Shown here in pieces: positions 49,088 to 58,591 of a stretch of DNA of 64,000 bases. Within the stretch, counting starts at the first letter, position 1, and every line of letters begins with the position of its first letter. The notes beneath the pieces are model-generated. The model searched no databases, was not told the DNA's origin, and was given only the letters and a program-made list of their open reading frames with translations. The DNA comes from Acidimicrobiales bacterium (GTDB lineage: Bacteria; Actinomycetota; Acidimicrobiia; Acidimicrobiales; QHCF01), in the NCBI GenBank assembly GCA_039583615.1, contig JAVKSQ010000002.1, forward strand, positions 32,346 through 96,345, in the 5' to 3' direction. The position numbers and the translations under genes are program-made.

Positions 49088-49885
49088 TCAGCCAGCCGGA
49101 CCGTCGCCTCGGAGAAGCTGGCGAAGGGCGTCGACCAGCTCCGGCGGCCCGGCCATGGTCATCGAGCGTGACGGTGGCCCCCCGTCGAGGTCGCCCACCC
49201 AAGCCCCGGCCTCGGCCGCCACCAGGGCGCCTCCGGCCCAGTCCCAGTGGTGCAGGCCGGCCTCCCAGAAGGCGTCGAGCCGTCCGGCCGCCACCCAGCA
49301 CAGGTCGAGGGCGGCGGCGCCCAGGCGGCGGATGTCCCGTACCTGGGGGAGGATGCGCAGCAGGGCCCGGGCCTGCTCGGACCGCCAGTCGGAGTCGTAA
49401 TTGAAGCCGGTGCCGACCAGGGCGTGGGCGAGCGGCGGAGGCGGGGACAGGCGCAGAGGCTCCCCGTTGCACCATGATCCCCGGCCCGCCACCGCGGTGA
49501 ACGTCTCGGCCCGGGTGGGGTCGTGCACCACCCCCACCGTTGGCCGGCCCTCCACCTCGGCCGCCACCGACACGGCGAAGTCGGGGCGCCCGTAGAGGTA
49601 GTTGGTGGTGCCGTCGAGGGGATCGACCACCCAGCGCACCGGGCTGGTGCCGGCGGCTCGCGCTCCTTCCTCTCCCAGGACGGCGTCGTCGGGCCGGGCC
49701 CGGCGAAGGGTGCTCACCACCACCGCCTCGGCCGCCCGGTCCACCTCGGTGACCATGTCAGTCGAGCTGGACTTCGTCTCCACCGACCGGCGCGACTGGC
49801 CCACCCCCTCCATGAGGACTGCGCCGGCCGCGCCGGCCGCCTCGACCGCCAGCTCGAGGAGGAGGCCGGAGTCGGGTGCGGGCAC
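49088..49885 (-). CDS. suhB: Inositol monophosphatase family (SuhB-like)
   Basis: GEE, WVVDPLDGTTNY, GAAALDLC and WDWAGG. Confidence 0.9.
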   Translation of the reverse strand: MPAPDSGLLLELAVEAAGAAGAVLMEGVGQSRRSVETKSSSTDMVTEVDRAAEAVVVSTLRRARPDDAVLGEEGARAAGTSPVRWVVDPLDGTTNYLYGRPDFAVSVAAEVEGRPTVGVVHDPTRAETFTAVAGRGSWCNGEPLRLSPPPPLAHALVGTGFNYDSDWRSEQARALLRILPQVRDIRRLGAAALDLCWVAAGRLDAFWEAGLHHWDWAGGALVAAEAGAWVGDLDGGPPSRSMTMAGPPELVDALRQLLRGDGPAG

Positions 49886-49994
49886 ATGCGAGGTTACCTG
49901 ACAGCTGGCCCGAGTCACGCCCAGGTGAGCGGTTGCCAGCTGGTGGCGTCCACGCCTGGCCCGCCCCCCTGCCCGGTCCCTGGTCGCTGGCGCC

Positions 49995-50501
49995 TCAATC
50001 GTCGAGGAGGCCCCGCACGTAGGCCGCCTGGCCCACGTGCTGCAGGCTGTCGTCAGCGATGCTGACGAGTCGCACGCCGAGGGTTACCGGCGGATCCCAT
50101 CGGCGGTCGATGATGCGGTCGAGGTCGTCCGGGACCAGCTCGGTCAGCATGGTCCGGGTACGGTCGTGCACGGCGTCCAGGTACGCCAGCAGCGACTCGG
50201 GCCGCTCAGGCCGGACACGTTCCACCTGCTCCTCCAAGTGGCCGTAGCCGGTGTCCGACGGGTCTGGACTGAGCCCGAAACGGCCAGCCCAGTCGCCAGT
50301 CACCCAGAGCTGGTCGGTGTCGAGCAGCTCGGCGATGTGGTGATCCTGGACCCGGACGAGGTGCCACACCAGCCAGGCGATCGGGTTGGCGCCCGGCCCC
50401 GGTCGTTCGGTCAGCCGCTCGAGCTCGACCCCCTCGACCGCCCTCCGGGCCAACGGCGGGACGCGGCCGTAGAGCTCGAGGAGAAGCCCAGCGACGTTCA
50501 C
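49995..50501 (-). CDS. DinB-superfamily / mycothiol transferase-like protein
   Basis: NPIAWLVWHL, WDPPVTLGVRLVS and LQHVGQAAY. Confidence 0.88.
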   Translation of the reverse strand: MNVAGLLLELYGRVPPLARRAVEGVELERLTERPGPGANPIAWLVWHLVRVQDHHIAELLDTDQLWVTGDWAGRFGLSPDPSDTGYGHLEEQVERVRPERPESLLAYLDAVHDRTRTMLTELVPDDLDRIIDRRWDPPVTLGVRLVSIADDSLQHVGQAAYVRGLLDD

Positions 50502-50547
50502 CGAGACGCTGGCTGATCCGGAGGCGGGCGGCCGGTTCCCATGGCCG

Positions 50548-50751
50548 TCAGTCCCAGTTCACGTCGAAGCCGAGAAGGCGCTTGAACCGCTCCACCAGCT
50601 CGTCGTCGCTCAGCTCGGAGGTGGCCGCTCGATGCCCGGTCGGCTGGGGGCCATAGACCTCGGCCGCGATCTCGAGCTCCTGCTCGAGGGACCAGCCAGT
50701 GGGGCTGTGGCGAAGCTCGTCAAGAGAGTCACTGTCCTCGGTCATGCGCAC
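50548..50751 (-). CDS. Small acidic hypothetical protein
   Basis: GGAG SD-like run, coding-like composition, co-oriented with the downstream gene. Confidence 0.55.
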   Translation of the reverse strand: MRMTEDSDSLDELRHSPTGWSLEQELEIAAEVYGPQPTGHRAATSELSDDELVERFKRLLGFDVNWD

Positions 50752-50882
50752 CTCCCGGGAGCCCAGGATACGCCGGTCGTCGGCGGGTGGCGAGCCGGCC
50801 AGGGGCGAAGCCAGTGGTCAACGGACCGGGCCGCTGGCTCCGAGCCTTCGCATCGCCATCCCGTCACCGTACTCTGGTGGCA

Positions 50883-51917
50883 ATGGCCCCTCCTGGCACC
50901 GGCCTGGTCGACCTTCGCTCGGACACCGTCACCCGGCCCACGCCGGAGATGCGCCGGGCCATGGCCAGCGCCGAGGTGGGCGACGACGTCTACGGCGAGG
51001 ACCCCACCGTCAACGCCCTGGAGGGAGCCTTCGCCGAGCGGCTGGGCCAGGCGGCGGCCCTGTACGTGCCCTCGGGAACCATGGGCAATCAGGTGGCCCT
51101 GCGCACCCTGGCCCGGCCAGGGACGCTGGTGGTGGCCGGGCGCCGCCAGCACGTGGTCATCTACGAGCACGGGGGCGCCCCGCGCAACGCCGGCATCGCC
51201 TTCCACACGGTCGACGACCGCGACGGGACCTTCTCTGGGGCCGAGGTGGCCAAGGTGGTGGAGGCGGCCAGGCATCACCAGCCGGAGCCCGCCCTGGTCT
51301 GCGTGGAGAACACCCACATGCCGGCCGGGGGGGCGCCGTGGCCGCTCGAAGCACTGAGAGAGCTGGCCCGGGAGGCTGGCCAGGCCGGCCTGCCCGTCCA
51401 CATGGACGGCGCCCGTCTGTTCAATGCCGAGGTGGCCAGCGCCACCGCGGCCGCCGACTACGCGGCCAATGCCACCACGGTGATGTGCTGCCTGTCCAAG
51501 GGGCTGGGCGCACCGGTGGGCTCCATGCTGGCCGGCCCGGCCGACGTCATCTCACAGGCTCGCCGGGAGCGGGCCACCCTGGGCGGTGGCATGCGCCAGG
51601 CCGGAGTGGTGGCGGCGGCCGGGCTGGTCGCCCTGCGCACCATGGTCGAACGACTGGCCGAGGACCATGCCCGGGCCCGGCGCCTGGCCGAGGCGGTGGC
51701 CGACCGCTGGCCGGAGGCCGGGCTGGACCCGGCCCGAGTGGCCACCAACATCGTCATATGGCACCACGCCGAGCCTGAGCGACTCCTGGACCACCTCCGG
51801 GCCGAGGGAGTGCTGGGCGGCACCATCGCCCCCGGCACCGTGCGTCTGGTGACCCATCATGACGTCGATGACCGGGGCATCGAGCGGGCAGCCAAGGCGA
51901 TCGCCAGTGCCCCGTGA
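50883..51917 (+). CDS. ltaE: Low-specificity L-threonine aldolase
   Basis: DLRSDTVTRP, SGTMGNQ, HMDGARLFNA and CLSKGLGAPVG. Confidence 0.95.
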   Translation: MAPPGTGLVDLRSDTVTRPTPEMRRAMASAEVGDDVYGEDPTVNALEGAFAERLGQAAALYVPSGTMGNQVALRTLARPGTLVVAGRRQHVVIYEHGGAPRNAGIAFHTVDDRDGTFSGAEVAKVVEAARHHQPEPALVCVENTHMPAGGAPWPLEALRELAREAGQAGLPVHMDGARLFNAEVASATAAADYAANATTVMCCLSKGLGAPVGSMLAGPADVISQARRERATLGGGMRQAGVVAAAGLVALRTMVERLAEDHARARRLAEAVADRWPEAGLDPARVATNIVIWHHAEPERLLDHLRAEGVLGGTIAPGTVRLVTHHDVDDRGIERAAKAIASAP

Positions 51918-52720
51918 GCCGCAGGGCTGACCCAGCCAGAGCCGGCCCGTCACCGAGCCCCGCCAACCAGCCCGAGCCGGTCCGCCACGCGCCGCCTACG
52001 ATCCGCGCCATGGCCGAGCTCATCGAGGAGCATCCGCAGAGCGCCCTGGCCGTCTACGCCCATCCCGACGATCCTGAGGTGTCCTGCGGGGGCACCCTGG
52101 CCCGCTGGGCCCAGGCCGGCGCCCAGGTCCATGTGGTGGTCTGTACCCAGGGCGACAAGGGGTCGTCCGACCCGGCCACCGACCCGGCCGCCCTGGCGGT
52201 CCGCCGGGCGGGCGAGATGCAGGCCGCCGCCGCCCGCCTGGCCCTGGCCGGCCACCATGCTCTGGGCCACCCGGACGGGGAGCTGGAGGACGGCCCTGGT
52301 CTACGGGGCGAGCTGGTGGCCCTGGTGCGCCGGCTCCGCCCGCAGGTGCTGGTCTGTCCCGACCCGCTGGCCGTCTTCTTCGGCCAGGAGTACTTCAACC
52401 ACCGCGACCACCGGGTGGTGGGCTGGTCGGCGCTGGACGCGGTCGCCCCGGCCGCCGCCCTCCCCCTCTACCATCCCGATGCCGGGCCGCCTCACCAGGT
52501 ACGCACCGTCTACCTGTCCGGCACGCTGCAGCCCGACGTGTGGGTGGACATCACTGCCACCCTCGACGACAAGGTGGATGCCCTCCTGTGCCACGCCAGC
52601 CAGCTGGACGAGCCGGGGGAGTGGCTGCGCACGGTCGTGCGCCGCAGGGCCGAGGAGGCCGGCGCACGGATTGGGGTCAGCCATGCCGAGGGCTTCCGCC
52701 GCCTGCGCCTTGGCCCCTAG
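51914..52720 (+). CDS. PIG-L family deacetylase
   Basis: AHPDD, NHRDH and HASQ. Confidence 0.92.
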   Translation: MSRRADPARAGPSPSPANQPEPVRHAPPTIRAMAELIEEHPQSALAVYAHPDDPEVSCGGTLARWAQAGAQVHVVVCTQGDKGSSDPATDPAALAVRRAGEMQAAAARLALAGHHALGHPDGELEDGPGLRGELVALVRRLRPQVLVCPDPLAVFFGQEYFNHRDHRVVGWSALDAVAPAAALPLYHPDAGPPHQVRTVYLSGTLQPDVWVDITATLDDKVDALLCHASQLDEPGEWLRTVVRRRAEEAGARIGVSHAEGFRRLRLGP

Positions 52721-53633
52721 GCAGGATGGCCTCGTCGAGCTCGCGTTCCCTGGCGACGAGGGCTGCCAGCGCCTCCTGCCTCGAGATCTGGCGAAAACAG
52801 ATCGTCCCCGCCGGACGGCTCTGGCCCACCAACGCCAGGTCGGCGGCGACCACCACCGCCACCACCGGGTAGCCGCCGTGGGTGGCGTGGTTGGCCAGCA
52901 ACACGATGGGCTGGCCGTCGGGGGGGACCTGGACGGCCCCCGCCACCATGGCCTCGGAGGCGAGCGGCGGGCAGCCTGCGACCAGCTCGACGGTCGGCCC
53001 GGACAGTCGGGTACCGGTGCGATCGGAGGAGGGGGTCGCGGTGTACCCTTCGCCGAGCAGGCGGGCCAGGCCACTGCTGGTGGCCCGGTCGTGGCGGGGC
53101 CCGAGCACCACCCGTACCTCGTTGTCGAGCGAGTAGCTCCGGTCGACTCGCAGGCGGGCCCCCGGCGGGTTGATGCCGGCGGCTGCCACGCCGAGGCGTT
53201 GGCCAGCCTGCAGGGGCGCCGGCCCAATTCCCGACAGGGTGTCGCGGCTGGAGCTGCCCAGCACGGCGGGGGCGTCGATGCCTCCGGCCACCGCCAGGTA
53301 GGCACGGGTCCCCGACCTCACCTGGCCCATCCGTAGCGTCTGACCGGCCCCTATCCGAAGCGTCTGGGCGGTCGGCACCGCCGCCCCGTCGATGGAGGCC
53401 TCCACATGACCTCCGACCAGGGCGATGGTGGTATCCACGCCAAAGGTCAGGTCTGGCCCGGCCACGGTGGCCTCCAGGGCGGCCGCTCCGTCGGGATTGG
53501 CCACCAGGCGGTTGGCCAGGCGCAGGCTCACCGGGTCGACGGCGCCGGCTCGAGGAACACCGAGGTGGGCCCAGCCCGGACGCCCCAGGTCCTGGACCGT
53601 GGTGAGCGGGCCCGGCCGGACCACCGAGATCAA
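52677..53633 (-). CDS. pxpC: 5-oxoprolinase subunit C
   Basis: TTVQDLGRPG, RAYLAVAGG, SDRTGTRL and THGGYP. Confidence 0.92.
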   Translation of the reverse strand: MISVVRPGPLTTVQDLGRPGWAHLGVPRAGAVDPVSLRLANRLVANPDGAAALEATVAGPDLTFGVDTTIALVGGHVEASIDGAAVPTAQTLRIGAGQTLRMGQVRSGTRAYLAVAGGIDAPAVLGSSSRDTLSGIGPAPLQAGQRLGVAAAGINPPGARLRVDRSYSLDNEVRVVLGPRHDRATSSGLARLLGEGYTATPSSDRTGTRLSGPTVELVAGCPPLASEAMVAGAVQVPPDGQPIVLLANHATHGGYPVVAVVVAADLALVGQSRPAGTICFRQISRQEALAALVARERELDEAILPRGQGAGGGSPRHG

Positions 53634-54289
53634 CGGGCGGCCACCAGGCGGACACGGTCAGCGGGGGCCAGGAGGGCAGGCGGGTCGGCGCCAGCGTCGA
53701 ACAGGACGGTGTCGGTGTGCCCTACCAGCTGCCAGCCCCCCGGCGTGGCCTGCGGGTAGATGGCAGTGTGAGCGTCGGCGATGGCCACCGACCCGGCCGG
53801 GACGGTGGTGCGGGGAGTGGCCCGGCGGGGAACGGTCAGGGCCGGGTCCAGGCCCACCAGGTAGGCGAACCCGGGGGAGAAGCCGAGGAAGGCCACCGTG
53901 TAGGTCACCGCCGTATGACGGCGCACGACCTCGTCGGTCGCCAGGCCGCAGGTGGCGCCTACCTCGTCGAGGTCCGCGCCGTCGTAGACGACGGGGATCT
54001 GGTGGGTCCGAGCGCTGCCGGCCGCCGGCGGAGGCAGCTCCCAGGTCGGCAGGGCAGTGGCCAGAGCGGCCAGGTCGCACACCAGCGGGTCGGCCAGGAC
54101 GGTCACCGTGCCCGCTCCCGGTACCACGTCCTCCACACCGGCCAGGGCGGCCCCTCTCAGCGCCGCCGCCAGCCGGTGGGCGGTCGCCAGGTCGTCGACC
54201 TGGGCCAGGATCGCCCGTTCGCCCAGGAAGGCAACGGCGGTGCTCACCGGTCCGGCCAGGCCCGCCGAGCTCGCCAGCCGGCCGTTCAT
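53630..54289 (-). CDS. pxpB: 5-oxoprolinase subunit B
   Basis: GFSPGFAYL, VPAGSVAIA and YPQATPGGWQLVG. Confidence 0.93.
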   Translation of the reverse strand: MNGRLASSAGLAGPVSTAVAFLGERAILAQVDDLATAHRLAAALRGAALAGVEDVVPGAGTVTVLADPLVCDLAALATALPTWELPPPAAGSARTHQIPVVYDGADLDEVGATCGLATDEVVRRHTAVTYTVAFLGFSPGFAYLVGLDPALTVPRRATPRTTVPAGSVAIADAHTAIYPQATPGGWQLVGHTDTVLFDAGADPPALLAPADRVRLVAAR

Positions 54290-55050
54290 CGGGCGGCGAA
54301 CGGGGCAATGACCACGCCCGCCGCCTCCAGGCCATCCCGGATGCGCCGGGCCATCGAGGCCGCCCCGGGCGTGTCACCGTGGACGCAGATGGAGCGGGCC
54401 TCCACCTTCACCAGGCTGGAATCGATCGCCTCCACCTGTGACTCGGTGGCCAGGCGAACAGCCCGGGCGGCTGCCACCTCGGGGTCCTCGATGACTGCGC
54501 CGGGCACCTGCCTGTCCACCAGGTGGCCATCAGGCCCGTAGGCCCGGTCGGCAAAGGCCTCCGTCCTCACGCCCAGGCCGGCGCGGCGGGCCATGCCCGT
54601 GGCCACCGTGCCGGGAAGAGTCAGCAGGACCAAGGCGGGGTCATGGGCGGCCATGGCGGCGAGCACCGCCCTTGCCTGCTCGGGGTCGACCGTGATGCGG
54701 TGGTACAGGGCGCCGTGGGCCTTGACGTAGGCCACCTTGGTGCCGGCCACCTGGGCCACCTCCGCCAGAGCCTCCAACTGCTCGATCACCTGGGCGGTCA
54801 GCACGGTGGCCTGGACGTCCATGGGCCGGCGGCCCCACCCCTCACGGTCCCGGTAGGAGATGTGGGCGCCGACCACCACCCCCCGGTCGGCAGCTGCCAC
54901 GACCGTGTCGGCCATGACCTGGCGGTCACCGGCATGGAAGCCGCAGGCGACGTTGGCGCTGGTGACCACGTCCAGGATGGCCCGGTCGGTCTCTCGCCCG
55001 GCTGGCCCGACCAGCTCTCCCAGATCACTGTTGAGGTCGATGACAGCCAC
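54286..55050 (-). CDS. pxpA: 5-oxoprolinase subunit A (LamB/YcsF)
   Basis: DLNSDLGE, NVACGFHAGD, KAHGALY and CVHGDTPGA. Confidence 0.95.
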   Translation of the reverse strand: MAVIDLNSDLGELVGPAGRETDRAILDVVTSANVACGFHAGDRQVMADTVVAAADRGVVVGAHISYRDREGWGRRPMDVQATVLTAQVIEQLEALAEVAQVAGTKVAYVKAHGALYHRITVDPEQARAVLAAMAAHDPALVLLTLPGTVATGMARRAGLGVRTEAFADRAYGPDGHLVDRQVPGAVIEDPEVAAARAVRLATESQVEAIDSSLVKVEARSICVHGDTPGAASMARRIRDGLEAAGVVIAPFAAR

Positions 55051-55062
55051 CAGGGGTACCGG

Positions 55063-55494
55063 CTAGTCGCGCCCGGCGCAGGCCTCGCAGAGACCCCGGA
55101 AGGTCACCTCCACCTCGACCAGGCAGAACCCGTGGCGGTCCCGGTCGGACAGGGCCAGACCGCTGACCCCGAGGGGGTCCACGTCGAACAGGGCTCCACA
55201 CCGGGTGCAGACCAGGTGCTGGTGAGGTGACCTCGAGTTGGGGTCGTAGCGCACCGGCCCCTCGGCCACCCTCACCTCGCGGACCTCTCCCATGGCCACC
55301 AGCTCGCCCAGGGTGTTGTAGACGGTGGCCAGCGAGATCTCGGGCAGCCGGCCGCGGGCGTTGGCAAAGACCTCGTCGGCCGAGAGGTGCACGTGGTCCC
55401 CGTGGAGCACCTCGGCCACCACTCGGCGTTGGGGGGTGATCCGCCAGTTGCGCTCCCTCAGGCGCTCCAGCAGCGACACCCCGACGCTATCCAC
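55063..55494 (-). CDS. Fur family regulator (PerR/FurA-like)
   Basis: TPQR, SLATVYNTL, HQHLVCTRCG and GLCEAC. Confidence 0.94.
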   Translation of the reverse strand: MDSVGVSLLERLRERNWRITPQRRVVAEVLHGDHVHLSADEVFANARGRLPEISLATVYNTLGELVAMGEVREVRVAEGPVRYDPNSRSPHQHLVCTRCGALFDVDPLGVSGLALSDRDRHGFCLVEVEVTFRGLCEACAGRD

Positions 55495-55503
55495 CGGACC
55501 ATG

Positions 55504-56247
55504 CTAGCGGTGAGCGGTGCCACGGTGGCGTTGGTACCTCAGGTACAAGAAGCTCTGGTCCTCCAGGACGTGGACCAATTCCAGCTGGCGGGCAACCTCC
55601 GGCGCCGCCCCGGCAGCTGGGTGGACCGGTTGCCAGCCGGCCATACGAGGCGAGACGGTGAGACAGAGCTCGTCGAGGAGGTCGGCCTGCACCAGCTGAG
55701 CCAGGACGTGTGGTCCGCCCTCGCACAGCACGTGGCGCAGGCCGCGGGCCCGCAGGGCGTCGAGACCAGCTGCCATGTCCACCCAGTCGGTGCCGACCAC
55801 CACCACCTCTGCCACCTCGGACAGGGCGGTGCGATCCTCGGGGGAGGCCGCCTCGGTGGTAAGGACTATGGGGCGAGCCTGAGCCCGACTGAAGAATGGT
55901 GATCTCAGGTCCATCTGGCCGGTGCGGGTGACCACCGCGATGGGAGGGACGGCCGACCGTCGGGCACCTTGGCGCTCCCGACGCTCGGGCTCGCTCAGCC
56001 GGACCGGCCCGTACCGCTCGGCCCGCACCGTGCCCGCCCCCACCAGCACCACGTCGGCCAGGCTGCGCAGCAGGTGGAGCACGCCCTGGTCCACCTGGTT
56101 GGAGAGCGGGCCCACCTGACCCCCCACCGCGGCCGCCCCGTCCAGGCTGGTCACCATGTTGGCCCGCACCCTGGCCTGGTCCGGCGGGGCCGGGTAGCAC
56201 GACCGCGGGTCGACCTGGGGTGACGGCTGGGGGAAGAGCCTACGCAA
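55504..56247 (-). CDS. RibD C-terminal-like pyrimidine reductase family protein
   Basis: NMVTSLDG, VGAGTVRAERY, CEGGP and DELCLTVSP. Confidence 0.88.
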   Translation of the reverse strand: MRRLFPQPSPQVDPRSCYPAPPDQARVRANMVTSLDGAAAVGGQVGPLSNQVDQGVLHLLRSLADVVLVGAGTVRAERYGPVRLSEPERRERQGARRSAVPPIAVVTRTGQMDLRSPFFSRAQARPIVLTTEAASPEDRTALSEVAEVVVVGTDWVDMAAGLDALRARGLRHVLCEGGPHVLAQLVQADLLDELCLTVSPRMAGWQPVHPAAGAAPEVARQLELVHVLEDQSFLYLRYQRHRGTAHR

Positions 56248-56377
56248 GCGGACCTGGCCCGATCGACCCCGTCAGGTAGCGACCGGTGGGCCGCCGCCCA
56301 GGATCACCAGTGCCTGCCGAGCCGCCATCGGCCCGGACCCTACTCCCCGTCGGCCCGGCCATCCCTACACTGTCGCA

Positions 56378-56818
56378 ATGAGCGAGGGGGTACCCCTGAG
56401 GGCGACCGCCATAGGCGGCAGCGCAGCGGTCCTGGTGGTGGTGAGCGGCCCCGGTCACCACGAGCGGGCCACCGCCGCCGGCGCGGTGGTCGCGGCCCTG
56501 GGACCCTTGGCGGCTTCGGTGGCCGTCTCCGCCGACCTCAGACCCCGGCTGGCCGCTGATGTGGCCGGCGTCCTCGACGCCGGGGCCGACCGTGTGCTCC
56601 TGGTGGGGTCGACCATCAGCGCATTGGCTCGTGTCGATCAAGGTAGTGACGCCGAGCGGGAGTCTCGGCACCTGGTGGGGGTAGAGGTCATCGTGCGCTT
56701 GAGCCCCGGGCCCGGACCGATGCGGGCCAGCGTAGAGGACGGCCTGGACACGGCCCTCGGCGCCGACGTGGCGCAGGCCCTGGCCGAGGTCGACCTGGGC
56801 GCGGCGGTGCACCAGTGA
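56378..56818 (+). CDS. Hypothetical protein coupled to dinB
   Basis: TACACT-N6-ATG leaderless-type start; GTGA overlap with dinB. Confidence 0.6.
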   Translation: MSEGVPLRATAIGGSAAVLVVVSGPGHHERATAAGAVVAALGPLAASVAVSADLRPRLAADVAGVLDAGADRVLLVGSTISALARVDQGSDAERESRHLVGVEVIVRLSPGPGPMRASVEDGLDTALGADVAQALAEVDLGAAVHQ

Positions 56819-58119
56819 CCGCGGCGACCAGGGGGGAGGTCGAAGGGCCGCACCTCGAGATCCTCCACGTGGACATGGACGCCTTCTACGCGGCGGTGGA
56901 GGTCAGAGCCGACCGCAGCTTGGCTGGTCGTCCGGTGATCGTGGGGGGATCCGGACCCCGGGGGGTGGTTGCCTCGTGCTCCTACGAGGCCCGCGCCTAC
57001 GGGGTGCGCTCGGCCATGCCCTCGGGGCGCGCCCGACGGCTCTGCCCGGACGCCGTGTTCCTCCGGGGCCATTACGACGCCTACGCCGATGTCAGCCGGC
57101 AGCTCCATGAGATATTGGGATCCTTCACGCCGCGGTGGGAGGGGATCGGTCTCGACGAGGCATTCCTCGACGTGTCGGGCGCCCACCAGCTGTTCGGGTC
57201 CAGCCCGGACATCGCCCATCGGATCCGCCGCCAGGTGGCCGGGGAGCTGGGCCTTGCCTGCTCGGTGGGAGTGGCGCGGAGCAAGCTGGTCGCCAAGCTG
57301 GCATCCCGCGCCGCCAAGCCCACTGCGACCAGGGCGGCGACCGTCCCCGGGCGGGGGGTGGTGGTGGTCCCGGCCGATGCCGAGGCGGCCTTTCTCCGCC
57401 CGCTGCCGGTGTCCGCCCTGTGGGGGGTGGGGCCGGCCACCGCCGACCGCCTGGCTCGCCTGGGGGCGGCCACCGTCGGGCAGCTGGCTGGCCTCCCGAT
57501 GGCCAGCCTGGCTTCGGCGCTGGGGCCGGCCCATGGCCGGTCCCTCTACCAGCTCTCCCACGGCTGCGACCCGCGGGTGGTGGAGCCACGTCGGGCGGCC
57601 AAGTCGGTGGGCCACGAGGAGACCTACGCGGTGGACCACCACCATCAGGAGCCCCTGCGTCGTCAGGTGGTGCGAATGGGCGATGCCGTGGCGTCTCGGC
57701 TCCGAGCGGCCCGCCTGGCCGGCCGGACGGTGACGCTCAAGGTGCGCTTCACCGACTTCTCGACTGTTACCAGGTCCCACACGCTCGTCGCGCCGATAGA
57801 CAGCGGTCGGGAGATCGCCCAGGTGGCGATGGCGCTTCTCGGTCCCATCGACGTAAGCGCCGGAGTGAGGCTGCTGTTGGGAGTGAGCGTGTCGGGCCTG
57901 GGGGCGGCCGGGCAGCCGGGCCGCCAGCTCAGGCTCCCCGAGCCGGACCGCCTCGGGGAGCCAGACCCCACGCCGGCGGGCTGGGCAGAGGCGTCGGTGG
58001 CGGTGGATGCCGTGCGCGCTCGCTTCGGCTCGGGGGCGGTGGCGCCGGCCAGCCTGGTCGGTCCCCAGGGGATCGAGGTCAAGCGCCAGGGTGACACCCA
58101 GTGGGGTCCGACGGCCTAG
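56815..58119 (+). CDS. dinB: DNA polymerase IV
   Basis: HVDMDAFYAAVE, SYEARAYGV, GLDEAFLD and clamp-binding-like QLRL. Confidence 0.96.
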   Translation: MTAATRGEVEGPHLEILHVDMDAFYAAVEVRADRSLAGRPVIVGGSGPRGVVASCSYEARAYGVRSAMPSGRARRLCPDAVFLRGHYDAYADVSRQLHEILGSFTPRWEGIGLDEAFLDVSGAHQLFGSSPDIAHRIRRQVAGELGLACSVGVARSKLVAKLASRAAKPTATRAATVPGRGVVVVPADAEAAFLRPLPVSALWGVGPATADRLARLGAATVGQLAGLPMASLASALGPAHGRSLYQLSHGCDPRVVEPRRAAKSVGHEETYAVDHHHQEPLRRQVVRMGDAVASRLRAARLAGRTVTLKVRFTDFSTVTRSHTLVAPIDSGREIAQVAMALLGPIDVSAGVRLLLGVSVSGLGAAGQPGRQLRLPEPDRLGEPDPTPAGWAEASVAVDAVRARFGSGAVAPASLVGPQGIEVKRQGDTQWGPTA

Positions 58120-58216
58120 AGACGGCACCGATCGCGTTGTGGGGTGCCGGCGGGTGCGCGAAGATAAGGAGGTCGGTGTGGTCAGGACCGTGGCCCAGAG
58201 CTCGAAGGGGGAGGTT

Positions 58217-58591
58217 GTGCCGCTTTCGGAGGAAGAGCAACGGATTCTCCACGAGATCGAGCGCAACTTCTACGAGCACGATCCCGCCTTTGCCGACAAG
58301 GTCCGCAACGAGACCATCTACCGCCACGCCTGGCGCAACCTCAAGTGGGCCACGTTGGGGTTCGTCGTCGGGCTGATCGTGCTGGTGGCCACCTTCTCCA
58401 GGTCCCTGGTGCTGGGGATCGTCGGCTTCGCCGTCATGCTGGGAGCGGCCCTGGCCTTCGAGCGCAACCTTCGCCATGTGGGCCGGGCCGGTTGGCACGA
58501 CGTGAGCCGGTCGGTGCGGGACCGCGGCCTGCTCGACTCCCTCGGCCACACCGGCGAACGGCTGCGGGAGCGCTTCAAGCGCCAGGAGTGA
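58217..58591 (+). CDS. DUF3040 family membrane protein
   Basis: PLSEEEQRILHEIER...DPAFA plus two TM segments. Confidence 0.88.
   Translation: MPLSEEEQRILHEIERNFYEHDPAFADKVRNETIYRHAWRNLKWATLGFVVGLIVLVATFSRSLVLGIVGFAVMLGAALAFERNLRHVGRAGWHDVSRSVRDRGLLDSLGHTGERLRERFKRQE

Noticed and set aside
56250-56815. SOS box for dinB
   Set aside because: No GAAC-N4-GTTC match found upstream.
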